Below are positions 38,332 through 49,370 of a stretch of DNA of 64,000 nt, one piece after another (positions within the stretch are counted from its first letter, which is position 1; the number at the start of each line of letters is the position of its first letter). The translations under genes were made by a program, and so were the position numbers. Origin of the DNA: an uncultured Fibrobacteraceae bacterium (GTDB taxonomy: Bacteria; Krumholzibacteriota; Krumholzibacteriia; LZORAL124-64-63); NCBI GenBank assembly GCA_964559455.1, contig CAZLHO010000003.1:42963-106962 (forward strand), written 5' to 3'. Under the pieces are notes generated by a model. That model made no database searches. It was not told where the DNA came from and saw only the letters and a list, made by a program, of their open reading frames with translations.

Positions 38332-39935
38332 AGAAAGCCGTGATCATCGGGGCGGGCCCCGCCGGTCTGACCGCCGCCTGGGAACTGCTCGACCGCACCG
38401 ACGTGAAGCCGGTCGTCTTCGAGGCGACCGGGGCCATCGGCGGCATCTCGCAGACGGTCGAGCACAACGGCAACCGCATGGACATCGGCGGGCACCGTTT
38501 CTTCTCGAAGTCGGACCGCGTCATGGACTGGTGGCGCAACATCATGCCGCTGCAGGGGGCGCCCGCCCGCGACGATCTCGCCCTCGGCCGCGAGGTGCCG
38601 CTCGCGCAATCGACGCGCCAGCGGCCCCTGGGCGACGGCGGCGCGGTCGATGTCCCGGCCCCCGATCCCGAGCGGACCGACAAGGTGATGCTCTACCGCC
38701 AGCGCCTGTCGCGGATCTTCTACCTGCGCAGCTTCTTCAGCTACCCCGTCTCGCTCACGTTGCAGACGATGCGCAACCTGGGCCTGGTCCGGATGGCCCG
38801 CATCGGGATCAGCTACGTCTGGGCGCGGCTGTTCCCGATCCGCGAGGAGAAGTCGCTCGAGGACTTCTTCATCAACCGCTTCGGCCGCGAGCTCTACGCC
38901 ACCTTCTTCAAGGACTACACCGAGAAGGTCTGGGGCGTGCCCTGCGACATCATCAAGCCCGAGTGGGGCGCCCAGCGGATCAAGGGCCTGAGCATCACCA
39001 AGGCCGTCATCCACGCCGTCGGCCAGCTGACCCGCCGCGACCGGTCCATCGACCAGAAGAACATCGAGACCAGCCTGATCGAGCAGTTCCTCTATCCCAA
39101 GCTGGGCCCGGGGCAGATGTGGGAGGAGGTCGCCCGGCAGGTCGCCGGCGGCGGCGGCGAGGTGCACTTGCACAGCGAGGTCAGCGGCCTGATCCTGCGC
39201 GACGGAGCCGTTGTCGGGGTGCGCGTGCGCGACGCGCGGACCGGGCAGACCGTCGATCACGACTGCGACCTGGTCTTCTCCACGATGCCGATCAAGGACC
39301 TGGTCGAGCGCGTCGACGGCGAGGTCCCGGCCGAGGCGCAGGAGGTCGCCGGCGGCCTGATGTACCGAGACTTCATCACGGTCGGGCTGCTGCTGGACAA
39401 GCTGCTGATCAGCAACGAGACCGACCGGCCGACCGTCGGCGGCATCGTCCCCGACAACTGGATCTACATCCAGGAGCGCGACGTCAGGCTGGGGCGCCTG
39501 CAGATCTTCAACAACTGGAGCCCCTACATGGTCGCCGATCCGTCCCAGACCTGGATCGGCATGGAGTATTTCTGCAACGAGGGCGATGATCTGTGGTCGA
39601 TGTCCGACGCCGACTTCGCCGACTTCGCCGTCGCCGAGCTCGCCAAGATCGACATCTGCGATCCGGCGGACGTCCGCGACAGCGTCGTGATCCGGATGCC
39701 CAAGACCTACCCCGCCTATTTCGGCACCTACGACCGCTTCGACGAGCTGCGCCGCTGGGCCGACGGGATCGGGAACCTCTATCTGATCGGCCGCAACGGG
39801 ATGCACCGCTACAACAACCAGGACCACTCCATGCTCACCGCCATGACCGCGGTCGACAACATCCTCGCCGGGCGCCTGGACAAGGCGAACATCTGGGACG
39901 TGAACGCGGAAGAGGAGTACCATGAGCAGAAGTGA
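38328..39935 (+). CDS. FAD/NAD(P)-binding oxidoreductase (amine-oxidase/UDP-galactopyranose-mutase-like)
   Basis: ATGA overlap with gtr[17 protein letters not shown] dinucleotide-binding motif. ~535 aa. Confidence 0.8.
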   Translation: MKKAVIIGAGPAGLTAAWELLDRTDVKPVVFEATGAIGGISQTVEHNGNRMDIGGHRFFSKSDRVMDWWRNIMPLQGAPARDDLALGREVPLAQSTRQRPLGDGGAVDVPAPDPERTDKVMLYRQRLSRIFYLRSFFSYPVSLTLQTMRNLGLVRMARIGISYVWARLFPIREEKSLEDFFINRFGRELYATFFKDYTEKVWGVPCDIIKPEWGAQRIKGLSITKAVIHAVGQLTRRDRSIDQKNIETSLIEQFLYPKLGPGQMWEEVARQVAGGGGEVHLHSEVSGLILRDGAVVGVRVRDARTGQTVDHDCDLVFSTMPIKDLVERVDGEVPAEAQEVAGGLMYRDFITVGLLLDKLLISNETDRPTVGGIVPDNWIYIQERDVRLGRLQIFNNWSPYMVADPSQTWIGMEYFCNEGDDLWSMSDADFADFAVAELAKIDICDPADVRDSVVIRMPKTYPAYFGTYDRFDELRRWADGIGNLYLIGRNGMHRYNNQDHSMLTAMTAVDNILAGRLDKANIWDVNAEEEYHEQK

Positions 39936-41499
39936 TCGGGACTGGCCGGCGCCGCGGTCCGGCCGCTACGTGCTGCTCTACCTGATCCTCGGCGCGGTCC
40001 TGCTGCCCTTCTTCCGGCACCAGATCAACTCGGACGGCCTGTCCTACATCTCCATCGCGATGCGTTACGCCGCCGGCGACCTGGCCGGAGCGGTCAACGG
40101 CTACTGGGGGCCGCTGCTCTCGTGGCTGATGGTCCCGCTGATCGCCCTGGGGATCGAACCGCTGCTGGCCGGCAAGATCGTCAGCCTGGGCCTGGGCGCC
40201 GCCGCCGCCGCGGGGCTGGTCCGGTTGGCCCGGTTCATGCCCCTGACCGAGAAGCTGCGGTGGATCACGCTGCTCTCGCTGCTGCCCTTCCTGGCGACGG
40301 CCTCGCTGCGCGCGCTCTTCCCCGACCTGCTGGTGGTGGCCCTCATGCTCCACTACCTGGCCTTCGTCTTCGCCGACGGCTACGAGGACCGCCTGCGCAA
40401 CGGCCTGTGGTGCGGACTCCTGGGCGGCCTGCTCTACTACGCCAAGGCCTACGGCTTCTACGTCTTCCTGCTGCACTTCGCCGTGATGGGCCTGCTGCGC
40501 CTGCTGCGCGCGGACGACGGGCGCCGCCGGCTGGCCCTGGTGCGCAACCACGCCCTCGGGCTGGCGGTCTTCGCCGTGCTGGCGGGCGCCTGGATCGGCG
40601 TGCTCAGCGCCCGCTACGGGGAGCCGACGATCAGCACGACCGGCGTCTTCAACCACGCCCTGGCCGGGCCCGCCTCGCGCGGGCAGCCGATGCATTATCT
40701 GGGCTTCCTGCCGCCCCAGGACGAGCGGGCCTTCAGCGCCTGGGAGACGCCCACCACGATCCCCATCGCCGACTGGTCGCTGCGCGATCCCGGCGGCCTG
40801 CGCCACCAGCTCGGGTTGCTGAAGGACAACCTCAAGCTGCTGGGCAGGGACATCACGGCCTATTCCCGCCTGATGGCGCTGATCCTCGTCGGGTCGCTGC
40901 TGCTGTGCGTCCAGCCGCTCCGCCGGCTGCTGCGCGACGGCCCCACGCTCTATCCCCTGGTCACCGTCGCCGTCTTCCCGGCCGGCTACCTGCTGATGCT
41001 GCTCGAGGTCCGCTACGTCTGGATCTGCCCGCTGCTGATCACCCTGATGGGGGCCCGGCTGCTCGGGATGTTCATGGAATCCGGCCTGGGCACCCGCCCT
41101 CGCCGCATCGCCGCGATCGCCCTGTTCGTCGTCTCGGTGATCATCTATCCGGTCAAGCTGATCGTCCAGGGCGTCGGCCAGGGCGAGCGGGTGCGCGCCG
41201 TCGCGGCGACGCTGGCCGACCTGGGGCTGGAGCGCGGCGCGCGCACGGCGTCGAACCGTGAATGGGCCGACTCCCTGTACCTGGCCTACCATCTGGATTC
41301 GCGATATTACGGCGAGCGGGGCGACCTGACCGACGAGCAGGTCGCGGCCGCGCTGCAAGAGTACCGGGTGCGCTACTATCTGGTCTGGGATCCGGAGCCG
41401 GCCGCGGCCGCGCCGCGGGAGGGATGGACCGAGATCACGGCCGGCAGGGTGCCGCGCCTGGCGGTCTACGAGGCGCCCCGGGAAAGCGTGGGACAATGA
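39922..41499 (+). CDS. Polytopic membrane glycosyltransferase (GT-C, ArnT/PMT-like) with C-terminal soluble domain
   Basis: ~11 predicted TM helices. Forms the GtrA/oxidoreductase/GT-C cassette. 14-bp overlap upstream. Confidence 0.7.
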   Translation: MSRSDRDWPAPRSGRYVLLYLILGAVLLPFFRHQINSDGLSYISIAMRYAAGDLAGAVNGYWGPLLSWLMVPLIALGIEPLLAGKIVSLGLGAAAAAGLVRLARFMPLTEKLRWITLLSLLPFLATASLRALFPDLLVVALMLHYLAFVFADGYEDRLRNGLWCGLLGGLLYYAKAYGFYVFLLHFAVMGLLRLLRADDGRRRLALVRNHALGLAVFAVLAGAWIGVLSARYGEPTISTTGVFNHALAGPASRGQPMHYLGFLPPQDERAFSAWETPTTIPIADWSLRDPGGLRHQLGLLKDNLKLLGRDITAYSRLMALILVGSLLLCVQPLRRLLRDGPTLYPLVTVAVFPAGYLLMLLEVRYVWICPLLITLMGARLLGMFMESGLGTRPRRIAAIALFVVSVIIYPVKLIVQGVGQGERVRAVAATLADLGLERGARTASNREWADSLYLAYHLDSRYYGERGDLTDEQVAAALQEYRVRYYLVWDPEPAAAAPREGWTEITAGRVPRLAVYEAPRESVGQ

Positions 41500-42632
41500 A
41501 CGGTAAGGCCCTATTCGTCCGTTTCGGCACCTTTTCCCATACCAATCTCAGCGTTCTGGAGCAGTTGCGGATCAACTTTCCCGACGTCGAGATCGAGGAC
41601 TTCGACCTTCCGTCCGAGATCGGGAAAGGGGTCGGGGATCGATTACTGGCTCTGTGGCGGGTCCTGTTCGAGTACGGCCCGAAAGAACTGTCGAGCCTGA
41701 AGAAGATCCGTCGCGCCCGCTGGACTTCCGCTCCCATGTTCCGCCGTATCCGCGACATGGTGCGGGAAAGGGTCTCGGGATCGGGCGACTACCGCTTCAC
41801 CTTCCAGACCCAGAGCCTCTTCGACGCTTCGGTCCCGGGCATTCCCCATTTCGTCTACACCGACCACACCGTCGCCGTGAACGATCACTATCCGCTACGC
41901 AATCGCCGCCACATCTACTATTCCCGGCGATGGCTGAGGTTGGAGCCGGAGATCTACCGGAACGCAACCGCTGTCTTCACGATGAGCGATCACGTCTCCA
42001 GATCCCTGCGCGATGATTACGGCCTTCCCGCCGGAAGGGCGATCCGGGTCGGGGTGGGGTGCAACGCATTCCGCGACGGCGTGCTGCCCGACCTCGCGGC
42101 GGCCCCGCGGGATCGCTACGAACGCAAGAACATCCTGTTCGTCGGCACCGAATGGGATCTCAAGGGCGGGCCGGAACTTGCCGCGGCTTTCGCGCTCGTG
42201 CTGGAGACCCACCCGGACGCACGCCTGACGGTCGTCGGCGCCTCGCCGGAGCTCGATCTGCCGAACTGCGAAGTCCATGGGGTCGTCCCCTTGGAGAGGG
42301 TGCGGGACTTCTTCAGCGAGGCGACGGTCTTCTGCATGCCCAGCCGCGGCGACGCTTTCGGAATCGTCTTCGTGGAAGCCTTCCTCAGCGGGCTGCCGGT
42401 GGTGGCGCTGAATATCGGGGCGGCTCCCGACATCGTTCGCGATGGAGTGACCGGCCATCTGCTCGACCCCGACGATATCGAGGGTCTTGCACGGAAGCTG
42501 TCCGCGATCCTGGGCGATCCGGAAGGCTGCCGTCGGATGGGCGAGGCGGGACGAAAGCTGGCCGAGGAGTCCTATACGTGGTCCAGAGTCGGCCTGAGGC
42601 TGAAGGAAGAGATCATCAGGCTGATCGGCTGA
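41496..42632 (+). CDS. GT4-family glycosyltransferase
   Basis: ATGA overlap. FGIVFVEAFLSGLPVVALNIGAAPDIV signature. Confidence 0.85.
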   Translation: MNGKALFVRFGTFSHTNLSVLEQLRINFPDVEIEDFDLPSEIGKGVGDRLLALWRVLFEYGPKELSSLKKIRRARWTSAPMFRRIRDMVRERVSGSGDYRFTFQTQSLFDASVPGIPHFVYTDHTVAVNDHYPLRNRRHIYYSRRWLRLEPEIYRNATAVFTMSDHVSRSLRDDYGLPAGRAIRVGVGCNAFRDGVLPDLAAAPRDRYERKNILFVGTEWDLKGGPELAAAFALVLETHPDARLTVVGASPELDLPNCEVHGVVPLERVRDFFSEATVFCMPSRGDAFGIVFVEAFLSGLPVVALNIGAAPDIVRDGVTGHLLDPDDIEGLARKLSAILGDPEGCRRMGEAGRKLAEESYTWSRVGLRLKEEIIRLIG

Positions 42633-42644
42633 TATGCCGCCCCG

Positions 42645-44540
42645 TTACCCGGGTCGGCGATCGATCCAGTGGCGGGCGAAGAGTTCGACGGTACCCAACA
42701 ACCCCAATTCCAGTCCGAAGTCGGTTGTTCCGGCGAGGTGGTCTTCGACCATCCGCCTCGCCTCTTTCCCATCCCAAAGGGGGCGAGCCAGGGCGGGCCC
42801 GTCCAGGATCAGGTGGCGATAATATTCCTTCTGCGCGGGGCAGATTGATTCCGTCACCCTGATCCCGGTGCTGCCGGCGGGATCGAACGCAGGCCTGCCC
42901 GCCATCCGGTTGCGGATCTGGGTCACGATCTTGTGCCGAACCACTCTCGCCGCCGGCGTGTCGGCCGGCATTCCCGTATTGCCGTAGATGATGCCGGCGA
43001 CTTCGGGCATGAGCCGCTTGAACACCTCGATGTAGAGGCGGCGGCCACGGCGGTGCCGGTTGGGAGTCCGGAAGCACCGGTCGGTGAAATCGTAGTCGTA
43101 GAAGTGGGAAGCGTCGTCGAAATAGGGGCGGTCGGAGCGGGATCCCAGCATCGTCCAGCGTCGGACCCGGTTCTGCATCAACCACTGCTCGACCCTGTAC
43201 ACCGACGGAACGTCGGCCAGGGGACCGGCGAAGTCTGTCCGGATGCTTTCGACCAAGTCGGCGGCGGGTGTCGCCACGATGCCTGCCAACCCTGACTTCC
43301 CACCATAGAACGAAGCCATGAAAATGGCCAGAGCGCCATCGTCGTCGTTGTGCTCCAGCCAGGGCGAGGGGAAGTACGGACCGCGGCCGGTTCGGCTTTT
43401 CAGCCACTTGACCACGTCCTTGTACTTGGGCCCGACCATGTATCCGCCGGCGGAGACCTCGCCCGCCAGGCCGTTGAGGACCACGTTGGCCCTTCCGCGC
43501 AAGTCGAGCCTTCGCCCGCGACCATAGGCGTAGGACAGGGAGCAGGAACCGTCGACCGCATCGACGAACTCATCCGCGTACTCGGGCAGTGTCTCAGGGT
43601 CGGGGTCGAATGTCCGGTGGCCGAGCCCCAGGGCTCGGCAGACCTCGCCGGCGATGGTGATGTCGGTGGAGTCCGGGGAGCCGAAGGTCCAGGCTTCCCG
43701 GGGCTTCCCCGTTCTGACGGCCATCGCCGCCACCAGTCGTGAATCCATGCCGCCCGAAAGCCCGCAGAGGTAGGTCCCCTCGCGCCGCATGATCCGGCGA
43801 TTGGCCTCGATCAGCGTGTCACAGACCTCGTCCACGTGCTGAGTCAGCGAAAGCCCCCGCCGCTTCTCGCCGATGTGCCCGAAATGCCAGTAGCGCCGCA
43901 GCGATCGCTCCCTGCCGTCGAGGGGAATGCTCAGGATCGTGGCCGGGTCCATGGGCCGGACGCCCTTGATGAGGGTGTGGTCCCTGAAGAGCTGCCCATA
44001 GGTCAGGAACTCGGCGACGGATGCCGGATCCAGCTCCGGCTCGAAGAGTCCGCCGGCGGTCATCGGCCCCAGGTACGAGCAGAAAAGCGTCCAGTCGTCG
44101 CGCTCCAGTACGTACAGGGGCTCCAGGCCCTGGCGGTCGTTGGCTGCGATCAGCGTCCCGGCGTCGTCGTCGGCCAGCAGCACGGCGAAATGCCCGTGCA
44201 GCCGCGTGGCGAAGTCCGGGCCCAGGGCCCGGTAGGCGCCGACCGCCGCGGCGGCGTAGCGCTCGGCGTCGATGTCGGCGTCGATGCCGCAGCTTTCGTC
44301 GGAATGCCAGATCCAGCCCGAGAGCACGCAGGTCAGGTCGCCGTCGGCGTGGAAATGGGCGTGGGCGGGGTGGGGCGGCTGCGAGTTCCGGACGTGTCCG
44401 AGATACAGCCTTCCCGGCCGCGCTTCGCGCACGGCGGACTCCTGCCACTCGCAGAGGCGCATCCGGTCGGCGATCCGATTTGCTGCTTCACGCGCGCGGG
44501 GGAGGTCGCGAGTGGCGACCAGACCGAGGATTCCAGCCAT
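42645..44540 (-). CDS. Asparagine-synthase-family amidotransferase (PP-loop SGGMDS present; N-terminal nucleophile Cys replaced by Ala)
   Basis: ATG 44540 gives MAGILGLV (cf. MCGI in AsnB). LCGLSGGMDSRLVAA PP-loop. ~630 aa. Confidence 0.8.
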   Translation of the reverse strand: MAGILGLVATRDLPRAREAANRIADRMRLCEWQESAVREARPGRLYLGHVRNSQPPHPAHAHFHADGDLTCVLSGWIWHSDESCGIDADIDAERYAAAAVGAYRALGPDFATRLHGHFAVLLADDDAGTLIAANDRQGLEPLYVLERDDWTLFCSYLGPMTAGGLFEPELDPASVAEFLTYGQLFRDHTLIKGVRPMDPATILSIPLDGRERSLRRYWHFGHIGEKRRGLSLTQHVDEVCDTLIEANRRIMRREGTYLCGLSGGMDSRLVAAMAVRTGKPREAWTFGSPDSTDITIAGEVCRALGLGHRTFDPDPETLPEYADEFVDAVDGSCSLSYAYGRGRRLDLRGRANVVLNGLAGEVSAGGYMVGPKYKDVVKWLKSRTGRGPYFPSPWLEHNDDDGALAIFMASFYGGKSGLAGIVATPAADLVESIRTDFAGPLADVPSVYRVEQWLMQNRVRRWTMLGSRSDRPYFDDASHFYDYDFTDRCFRTPNRHRRGRRLYIEVFKRLMPEVAGIIYGNTGMPADTPAARVVRHKIVTQIRNRMAGRPAFDPAGSTGIRVTESICPAQKEYYRHLILDGPALARPLWDGKEARRMVEDHLAGTTDFGLELGLLGTVELFARHWIDRRPG

Positions 44541-44642
44541 GAGACCTTCCTCTGCGTCGCCTCTCCGGATCGCCCCTGCCATCCGGGATGACGACTTGTC
44601 CCGGTCGGGGCGTGCGGGCGCATGCCGACCCCGTCCCGACTA

Positions 44643-45833
44643 TTAAATGCCCCGTGATCTATGACCGGCCAGCGCCTCTTCCAGCTTGGCCATCATCTCC
44701 GCGGCCCTCGCCGCCCACGACTCGTCCTGCACATGTTCGATGCGCCGCCGGCGCAGTTCGGGGGAATCATCCGCCAGAGCCCTGCGCAGCCCGGCCAGGA
44801 ATTCCTCCGGCGTCGCCGCCAGGTAGACGACGTCGCGATAGCTCTTCTCCAGCTCCTCGATCGGGGTCGATACCACCGGCAGACCGAGGCTGAGGTATTC
44901 CTTCGTCTTCAGCGGGTTGCAGTTGCGGTACCAGTCTGTCTGCGGCCAGACCATGAACGCGCAGTCGAAGTGCTTGGCGTAGAGCGGCAGTTCGGCGTAG
45001 GGCCGGGGCCCCAGGAAATGCACGTTGGGCAGCTTCGCGACGGCCGAGAAGTCGCCGAGGACCGGGCCGATCAGGACGAAATGCAGCAAAGGGTCCGCGA
45101 CGGCGGCGTGACGGATCATCTCCTGGTCGTTGGCGTCGTCCAGCGAGCCGTAGTAGCCGATCCGGGGCTGAGGAATCGTGGCCAGGTCGACGGGCAACGG
45201 CGTTTCGGATGCCAGCGCGGAATTGAAATGTTGGAAATCCACCGCATGGGGCAGGTAGTGCACGTCGGGTCTGGTCCCGGCCAATTCGGCGTAGACCATT
45301 TCGGAGGCGCAGAAGACGGCGTCGGCGGCCTCGAGCAGCATCCGGTCGCAGGCGACGATGGCCGCCCGGGCGGTGATGCTCCGATGGGCGGTGTACTTGT
45401 CGGAATAGTAGTAGATCAGGGCCGAGCGCGGCAGCTTCTCGATCACGCCGGCGAACGCGGGGATCGAGGCGAAGACCACCGGGCGGCCCATGCCGGTCAG
45501 CCGGTAGGCGAGACCGATCTGCAGGCTCATCCAGGCGTTGTTGAGGCGCTCGAGCAGCCGGTTGCCGAACAGCGGCAAGGCGATCGGCGAGAGGACCCAG
45601 AAACCGGGTTCGGCCCGACGCAGCCATCGGCCCCAGCTGCGCAGCCTTTGCAGAACCCGCTTGGCGAGGCGCTTCCGCCGGAGGCTGGGCATGCTCATCC
45701 CGATGTTGTTCACCCAGAGCACACGGTAATCCCGCCGGTGCAGGGCGTGCATCAGGTGGTAGCGGCTGTGGGGATTGCTGAACCAGTAGTTGTCGCCGGC
45801 GTAGCAGACGACGGTTCTCCTATCGGTCGACAT
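44643..45833 (-). CDS. Glycosyltransferase (GT1/GT4-like)
   Basis: 396 aa. GT-B fold pattern (HFLGPRPYAELPLYAKHFDCAFMVW...GLPVVSTP). Confidence 0.75.
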   Translation of the reverse strand: MSTDRRTVVCYAGDNYWFSNPHSRYHLMHALHRRDYRVLWVNNIGMSMPSLRRKRLAKRVLQRLRSWGRWLRRAEPGFWVLSPIALPLFGNRLLERLNNAWMSLQIGLAYRLTGMGRPVVFASIPAFAGVIEKLPRSALIYYYSDKYTAHRSITARAAIVACDRMLLEAADAVFCASEMVYAELAGTRPDVHYLPHAVDFQHFNSALASETPLPVDLATIPQPRIGYYGSLDDANDQEMIRHAAVADPLLHFVLIGPVLGDFSAVAKLPNVHFLGPRPYAELPLYAKHFDCAFMVWPQTDWYRNCNPLKTKEYLSLGLPVVSTPIEELEKSYRDVVYLAATPEEFLAGLRRALADDSPELRRRRIEHVQDESWAARAAEMMAKLEEALAGHRSRGI

Positions 45834-47103
45834 CGCGGGGCCTTTGCTGGAGGCGACGGAAGAAATCCAGGAGCTTGGCCCCTTCGCGGATCAGGTCGAA
45901 ATCCGTTTCGATCTTTTGCCGGCCGGCGGCGGACAGCCGTGACACCGTCCGCGAATCATCGGCGATTGTCTGCAGGGCGTCGGCCAGAGCCCGGGCGTCG
46001 CCCTGGGGAACAGTAAGGCCCGCCCCGTCGCCGATCAACTCGGGGATCGCCGCCACGTCGGTCGAGATCACGGGACAGCCCGCGGCCATGGCTTCCATCA
46101 GCGACACCGGAATGTTGTCGCGGTCGCCGTCCGCCGCCACCACGCAGGGCAGGGCGAAAACGTCGGCCTTCTCCATCAGGGAACGGATCTCGTTCTGCTG
46201 CATGCCCCCCGCGAAATCCAGATCCTTGAGGCCCTCCGCATCGGCGCGGGCCCGCAGTTCGGCCGCGAGCGGTCCTTCGCCGACGATTCGCGCCCGCCAG
46301 GCGACGCCGCGCCGGTCCAGCTCGGCCAGGGCGTCGATCAGGACCGCGAAACCCTTCTTGGGCACCAGCCTGCCGACCGCGAGCACGTCGAGCGGCTTGC
46401 CCGCCCTCTCGCGGCGGTAGCAGGCGACGCTTCCCGAATCGATGCCGCAGCGCACCAGGGCGGTCGGCGGCAGATCGGCGACCAGGCTGTGGAAGTGGCG
46501 CCGGTTGTACTCCGAGATGCAGACGACCCCGGCGGCGCGGCGCAGCTTGGTGTCGAGGGCCGACTCCTCGCGGAAGATGTCCGCGGCGTGGCCGGTGAAG
46601 CTGAACGGAACGCCGGTCAGCTCGGATATCAGCAGCGCAAAGGTTGCCGGCGAGCTGGCGAAGTGGGCGTGGATGTGATCGTAGCCCTGGGCCTCGATCT
46701 CGGGCGCGACGGTCGTGGCGACGGCCAGTTGGTACAGCAGCTTCAGCTTGGTCGTCGCCGAGTCGCGACGGGAGGCCAGGCAGGCGCCCATCGCCGAGAT
46801 GAACCGCCGCGGGCGCCCGATCAGCGCGCGCGCCACTCCCCACAGGACGCGCAGCGGACCGACCGGATAGATCCGGCGCATCCCCGTCAGGTCGCATTCC
46901 GGGCGCGCGGCCCCGCTGCATCCGGAGTGGGTGCGCAGGGAGAGCAGCCCGATCTCGCAACCAGAACGTCGCAACTGGTTGATCTCGCGGGTGATGAAGG
47001 TGTGGGTCAGGGCTGTGAAACTCGTGGAGAGGTAGAGCAGCTTCAAGGCTTCTCCCGCGGTGCGGAGACGGGCGATATCAGAACACTGTCCGCCGCCGAT
47101 CAT
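45820..47103 (-). CDS. GT4-family glycosyltransferase
   Basis: ATG 47103. PKKGFAVLIDA...NIPVSLMEAMAAGCPVISTDVAAIPELI. Confidence 0.85.
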   Translation of the reverse strand: MIGGGQCSDIARLRTAGEALKLLYLSTSFTALTHTFITREINQLRRSGCEIGLLSLRTHSGCSGAARPECDLTGMRRIYPVGPLRVLWGVARALIGRPRRFISAMGACLASRRDSATTKLKLLYQLAVATTVAPEIEAQGYDHIHAHFASSPATFALLISELTGVPFSFTGHAADIFREESALDTKLRRAAGVVCISEYNRRHFHSLVADLPPTALVRCGIDSGSVACYRRERAGKPLDVLAVGRLVPKKGFAVLIDALAELDRRGVAWRARIVGEGPLAAELRARADAEGLKDLDFAGGMQQNEIRSLMEKADVFALPCVVAADGDRDNIPVSLMEAMAAGCPVISTDVAAIPELIGDGAGLTVPQGDARALADALQTIADDSRTVSRLSAAGRQKIETDFDLIREGAKLLDFFRRLQQRPRDVDR

Positions 47104-47205
47104 CGGCACGGAACGAAAACCGGCATGACAGGGAACAGCCGGTATAATACCATGACCCGCGATCCTGGGCAACCTCTCACCATGTCACAACCTACGGGAG
47201 CCGGC

Positions 47206-48372
47206 ATGCCCCGACGCATCCGCATCTGCTACGTCATCAACGCCTTCGCGATCGGGGGAGCGGAGACCGTGGTCCTGGACCTCGCCCGCGGCCTCGACCC
47301 CGAGATCTACGATGTCACCGTCCTGGCCGTCCACGATCGGGCCGGCGGCGAAGAGCCCGAGATGCGGCGCCGATTTCGGGCGGCGGGGGTGCGCACGGCG
47401 GCGATGACTCTGGGTTCGATGCGCAATCCGCTGTCGCTGTACCGGCTCTGGCGGTTCCTGCGGTCCGGCCGCTTCGACATCGTGCACGGTCACAATCGCC
47501 CGAGCGACGCCTGGGCGGTCACCGTCGGGGGCTGGGCCGGGATCCCCCACCGGTTGTGGACTCGGCATCTGGTCTATCGGGACATGAGCCCTCGCCAGTT
47601 GAGTCGCTATTCGGATATCTCGCGCCGGGCCGCGATCGTGCTGGCGGTCTCCGATGCGGTGCGGGAGAACTGCATCCGGGTCGAGGGCGTCTCGCCCGAC
47701 AAGGTGACGACGCTGGTCAACGGCATCGACACGGACCGTTACCGGCCGCTGGGCGCGGAGGCCAGGCGCGCCAAGAGACGCGACCTGGGACTCGCCGAGG
47801 GCCAGCGGATGCTTCTGTTCGTGGGCAGGTTGTCGCATCAGAAGGCCCCGGACGCCTTCGTGCGGCTGATCTGGTCGTTGCGCGAGGAGAGGCCGGAGAT
47901 CCGCGGGTTCGTCTGCGGCGGGGGACCGTTGGCGGCGGATCTGGCGACAATGGTCGCCGGCGGCCCCGGCGGCGTCGATCTGCTCGGTTTCCGGGGGGAT
48001 GTCCCGGCACTGCTCGGGGCCAGCGACCTTTTCGTCTCCACCTCGCGGAACGAGGGGCTGCCCTTGAACATGATGGAGGCCATGTCCTGCGCCGCGCCCT
48101 TCGTCGGGCCGGACATTCCGCAGGTCTCGTGCCTCTTCGCGGGCGAGGCTTCCCTGCGCAGGCGACTCTATGCGCCGCCGCCCCTGGAGGGGGATGTCCC
48201 CGCCGGGACCCTGGCTGCCTGGCGCGACCGGATTATCGCCGCGCTGGACGATCCCATGGCGGTCGCCGTCGGGAATCGGGGACGAGAAATCATCCGCGGG
48301 GAGTACTCGCTCGGCAGGATGATCGAGCGCCATCACGAGATCTACCTAAGTTTCGCGTTGTCAGGGAATTGA
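47206..48372 (+). CDS. GT4-family glycosyltransferase
   Basis: ATG 47206 preceded by GGGAG. ICYVINAFAIGGAE...NEGLPLNMMEAMS. Confidence 0.85.
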   Translation: MPRRIRICYVINAFAIGGAETVVLDLARGLDPEIYDVTVLAVHDRAGGEEPEMRRRFRAAGVRTAAMTLGSMRNPLSLYRLWRFLRSGRFDIVHGHNRPSDAWAVTVGGWAGIPHRLWTRHLVYRDMSPRQLSRYSDISRRAAIVLAVSDAVRENCIRVEGVSPDKVTTLVNGIDTDRYRPLGAEARRAKRRDLGLAEGQRMLLFVGRLSHQKAPDAFVRLIWSLREERPEIRGFVCGGGPLAADLATMVAGGPGGVDLLGFRGDVPALLGASDLFVSTSRNEGLPLNMMEAMSCAAPFVGPDIPQVSCLFAGEASLRRRLYAPPPLEGDVPAGTLAAWRDRIIAALDDPMAVAVGNRGREIIRGEYSLGRMIERHHEIYLSFALSGN

Positions 48373-48397
48373 CAATATGTCCGCAGTGGATTATCAT
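48369..48397 (+). promoter_or_regulatory. Sigma-70 promoter-like TTGACA-N17-TATCAT at the head of a 270-bp lower-GC leader
   Basis: Direct read. Overlaps the stop of the preceding GT4 gene. Confidence 0.45.
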
Positions 48398-48642
48398 AAG
48401 GGAGCGATTTGGACCGGTCCCCGTGCCTTCGGGAGACTTCCGGTTTTCAGCCTTGCCACCCCGCAACGGCTTCGTGAGGAGTTGACTAGAGCGATTTTTG
48501 CTACAGCCAGGCAACTCGCGGACGATTGTATTTTCACGTAGCCGGTGTGCGTCTGCCTTCAGACCAACGCAAGATATTCCAAGGGGGTGTGCCACCCCCC
48601 GCTACCCGGTATTCGCCGCCGGGCCAGGTTGACAGGTGTGCC

Positions 48643-49356
48643 ATGAGCAAGATTCTGGATTCTGTGAAGATCAAATCGGGTGGCGCGGACGAGATCACCC
48701 TGCGGTTGGCCAATATCGGCCGCAGTGCTCTCTTCCCGCTGCCGCATAAGCGTCAAAGGCGCGAATTCGAGAACATCACCAACGCACTGATGAATCTGCA
48801 CAACAGCAGGACCGGCGAGGCGGTGGTTTTCGCGTCGTCGGTCAAGGGAGAGGGCGCGTCCTTCGTTTCCTACAACGTGGCTCGCTTCATCAGCGTGCTT
48901 TTCGACCGGAGCGTGGCCTGGATCGACGCCAACTTCCGTTCTCCCCACCCCCGGCTGAATTCCGACGGCATCGATTTCCGCAGCCTGCTGCTCTATCCCG
49001 AACTCGTGCGCGACATTCCCGACAACGACTCGTTCCAGGTCATTCCCCACGGCACCGCGCCGATCAAATCGGCGGGCCTGCTGACCAGCGAAAACTACCT
49101 TCAGCTGCTGCGGGGACTTCAGGACAGATTCTTCTTCACAGTGATCGACGGCCCCCCGATACTGGACGCTGTGGATTCCGGCCACTTGGCTCTGCCGACG
49201 TTGGGGCTGGTGCTCGTCGTCGAGAGTCGGCGCCTGGACCGCGAGGTGATCCGCCATGGGATCCAGACCGTCAGGTCCAACAACGTGAACGTCCTGGGTT
49301 CGGTGCTCAACAGACGGGTGTACGACATCCCCGATTTCATCTATTCCAGGTTGTAG
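48643..49356 (+). CDS. BY-kinase/CpsD-like P-loop protein with degenerate Walker A (VKGEGAS instead of GxGKT)
   Basis: ATG 48643. VFASSVKGEGASFVSYNVA aligns to the BY-kinase Walker A but lacks Lys/Thr. FFTVIDGPPILD Walker-B-like DxxP region. Confidence 0.65.
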   Translation: MSKILDSVKIKSGGADEITLRLANIGRSALFPLPHKRQRREFENITNALMNLHNSRTGEAVVFASSVKGEGASFVSYNVARFISVLFDRSVAWIDANFRSPHPRLNSDGIDFRSLLLYPELVRDIPDNDSFQVIPHGTAPIKSAGLLTSENYLQLLRGLQDRFFFTVIDGPPILDAVDSGHLALPTLGLVLVVESRRLDREVIRHGIQTVRSNNVNVLGSVLNRRVYDIPDFIYSRL

Positions 49357-49370
49357 CCGGGAGGTCAGCC

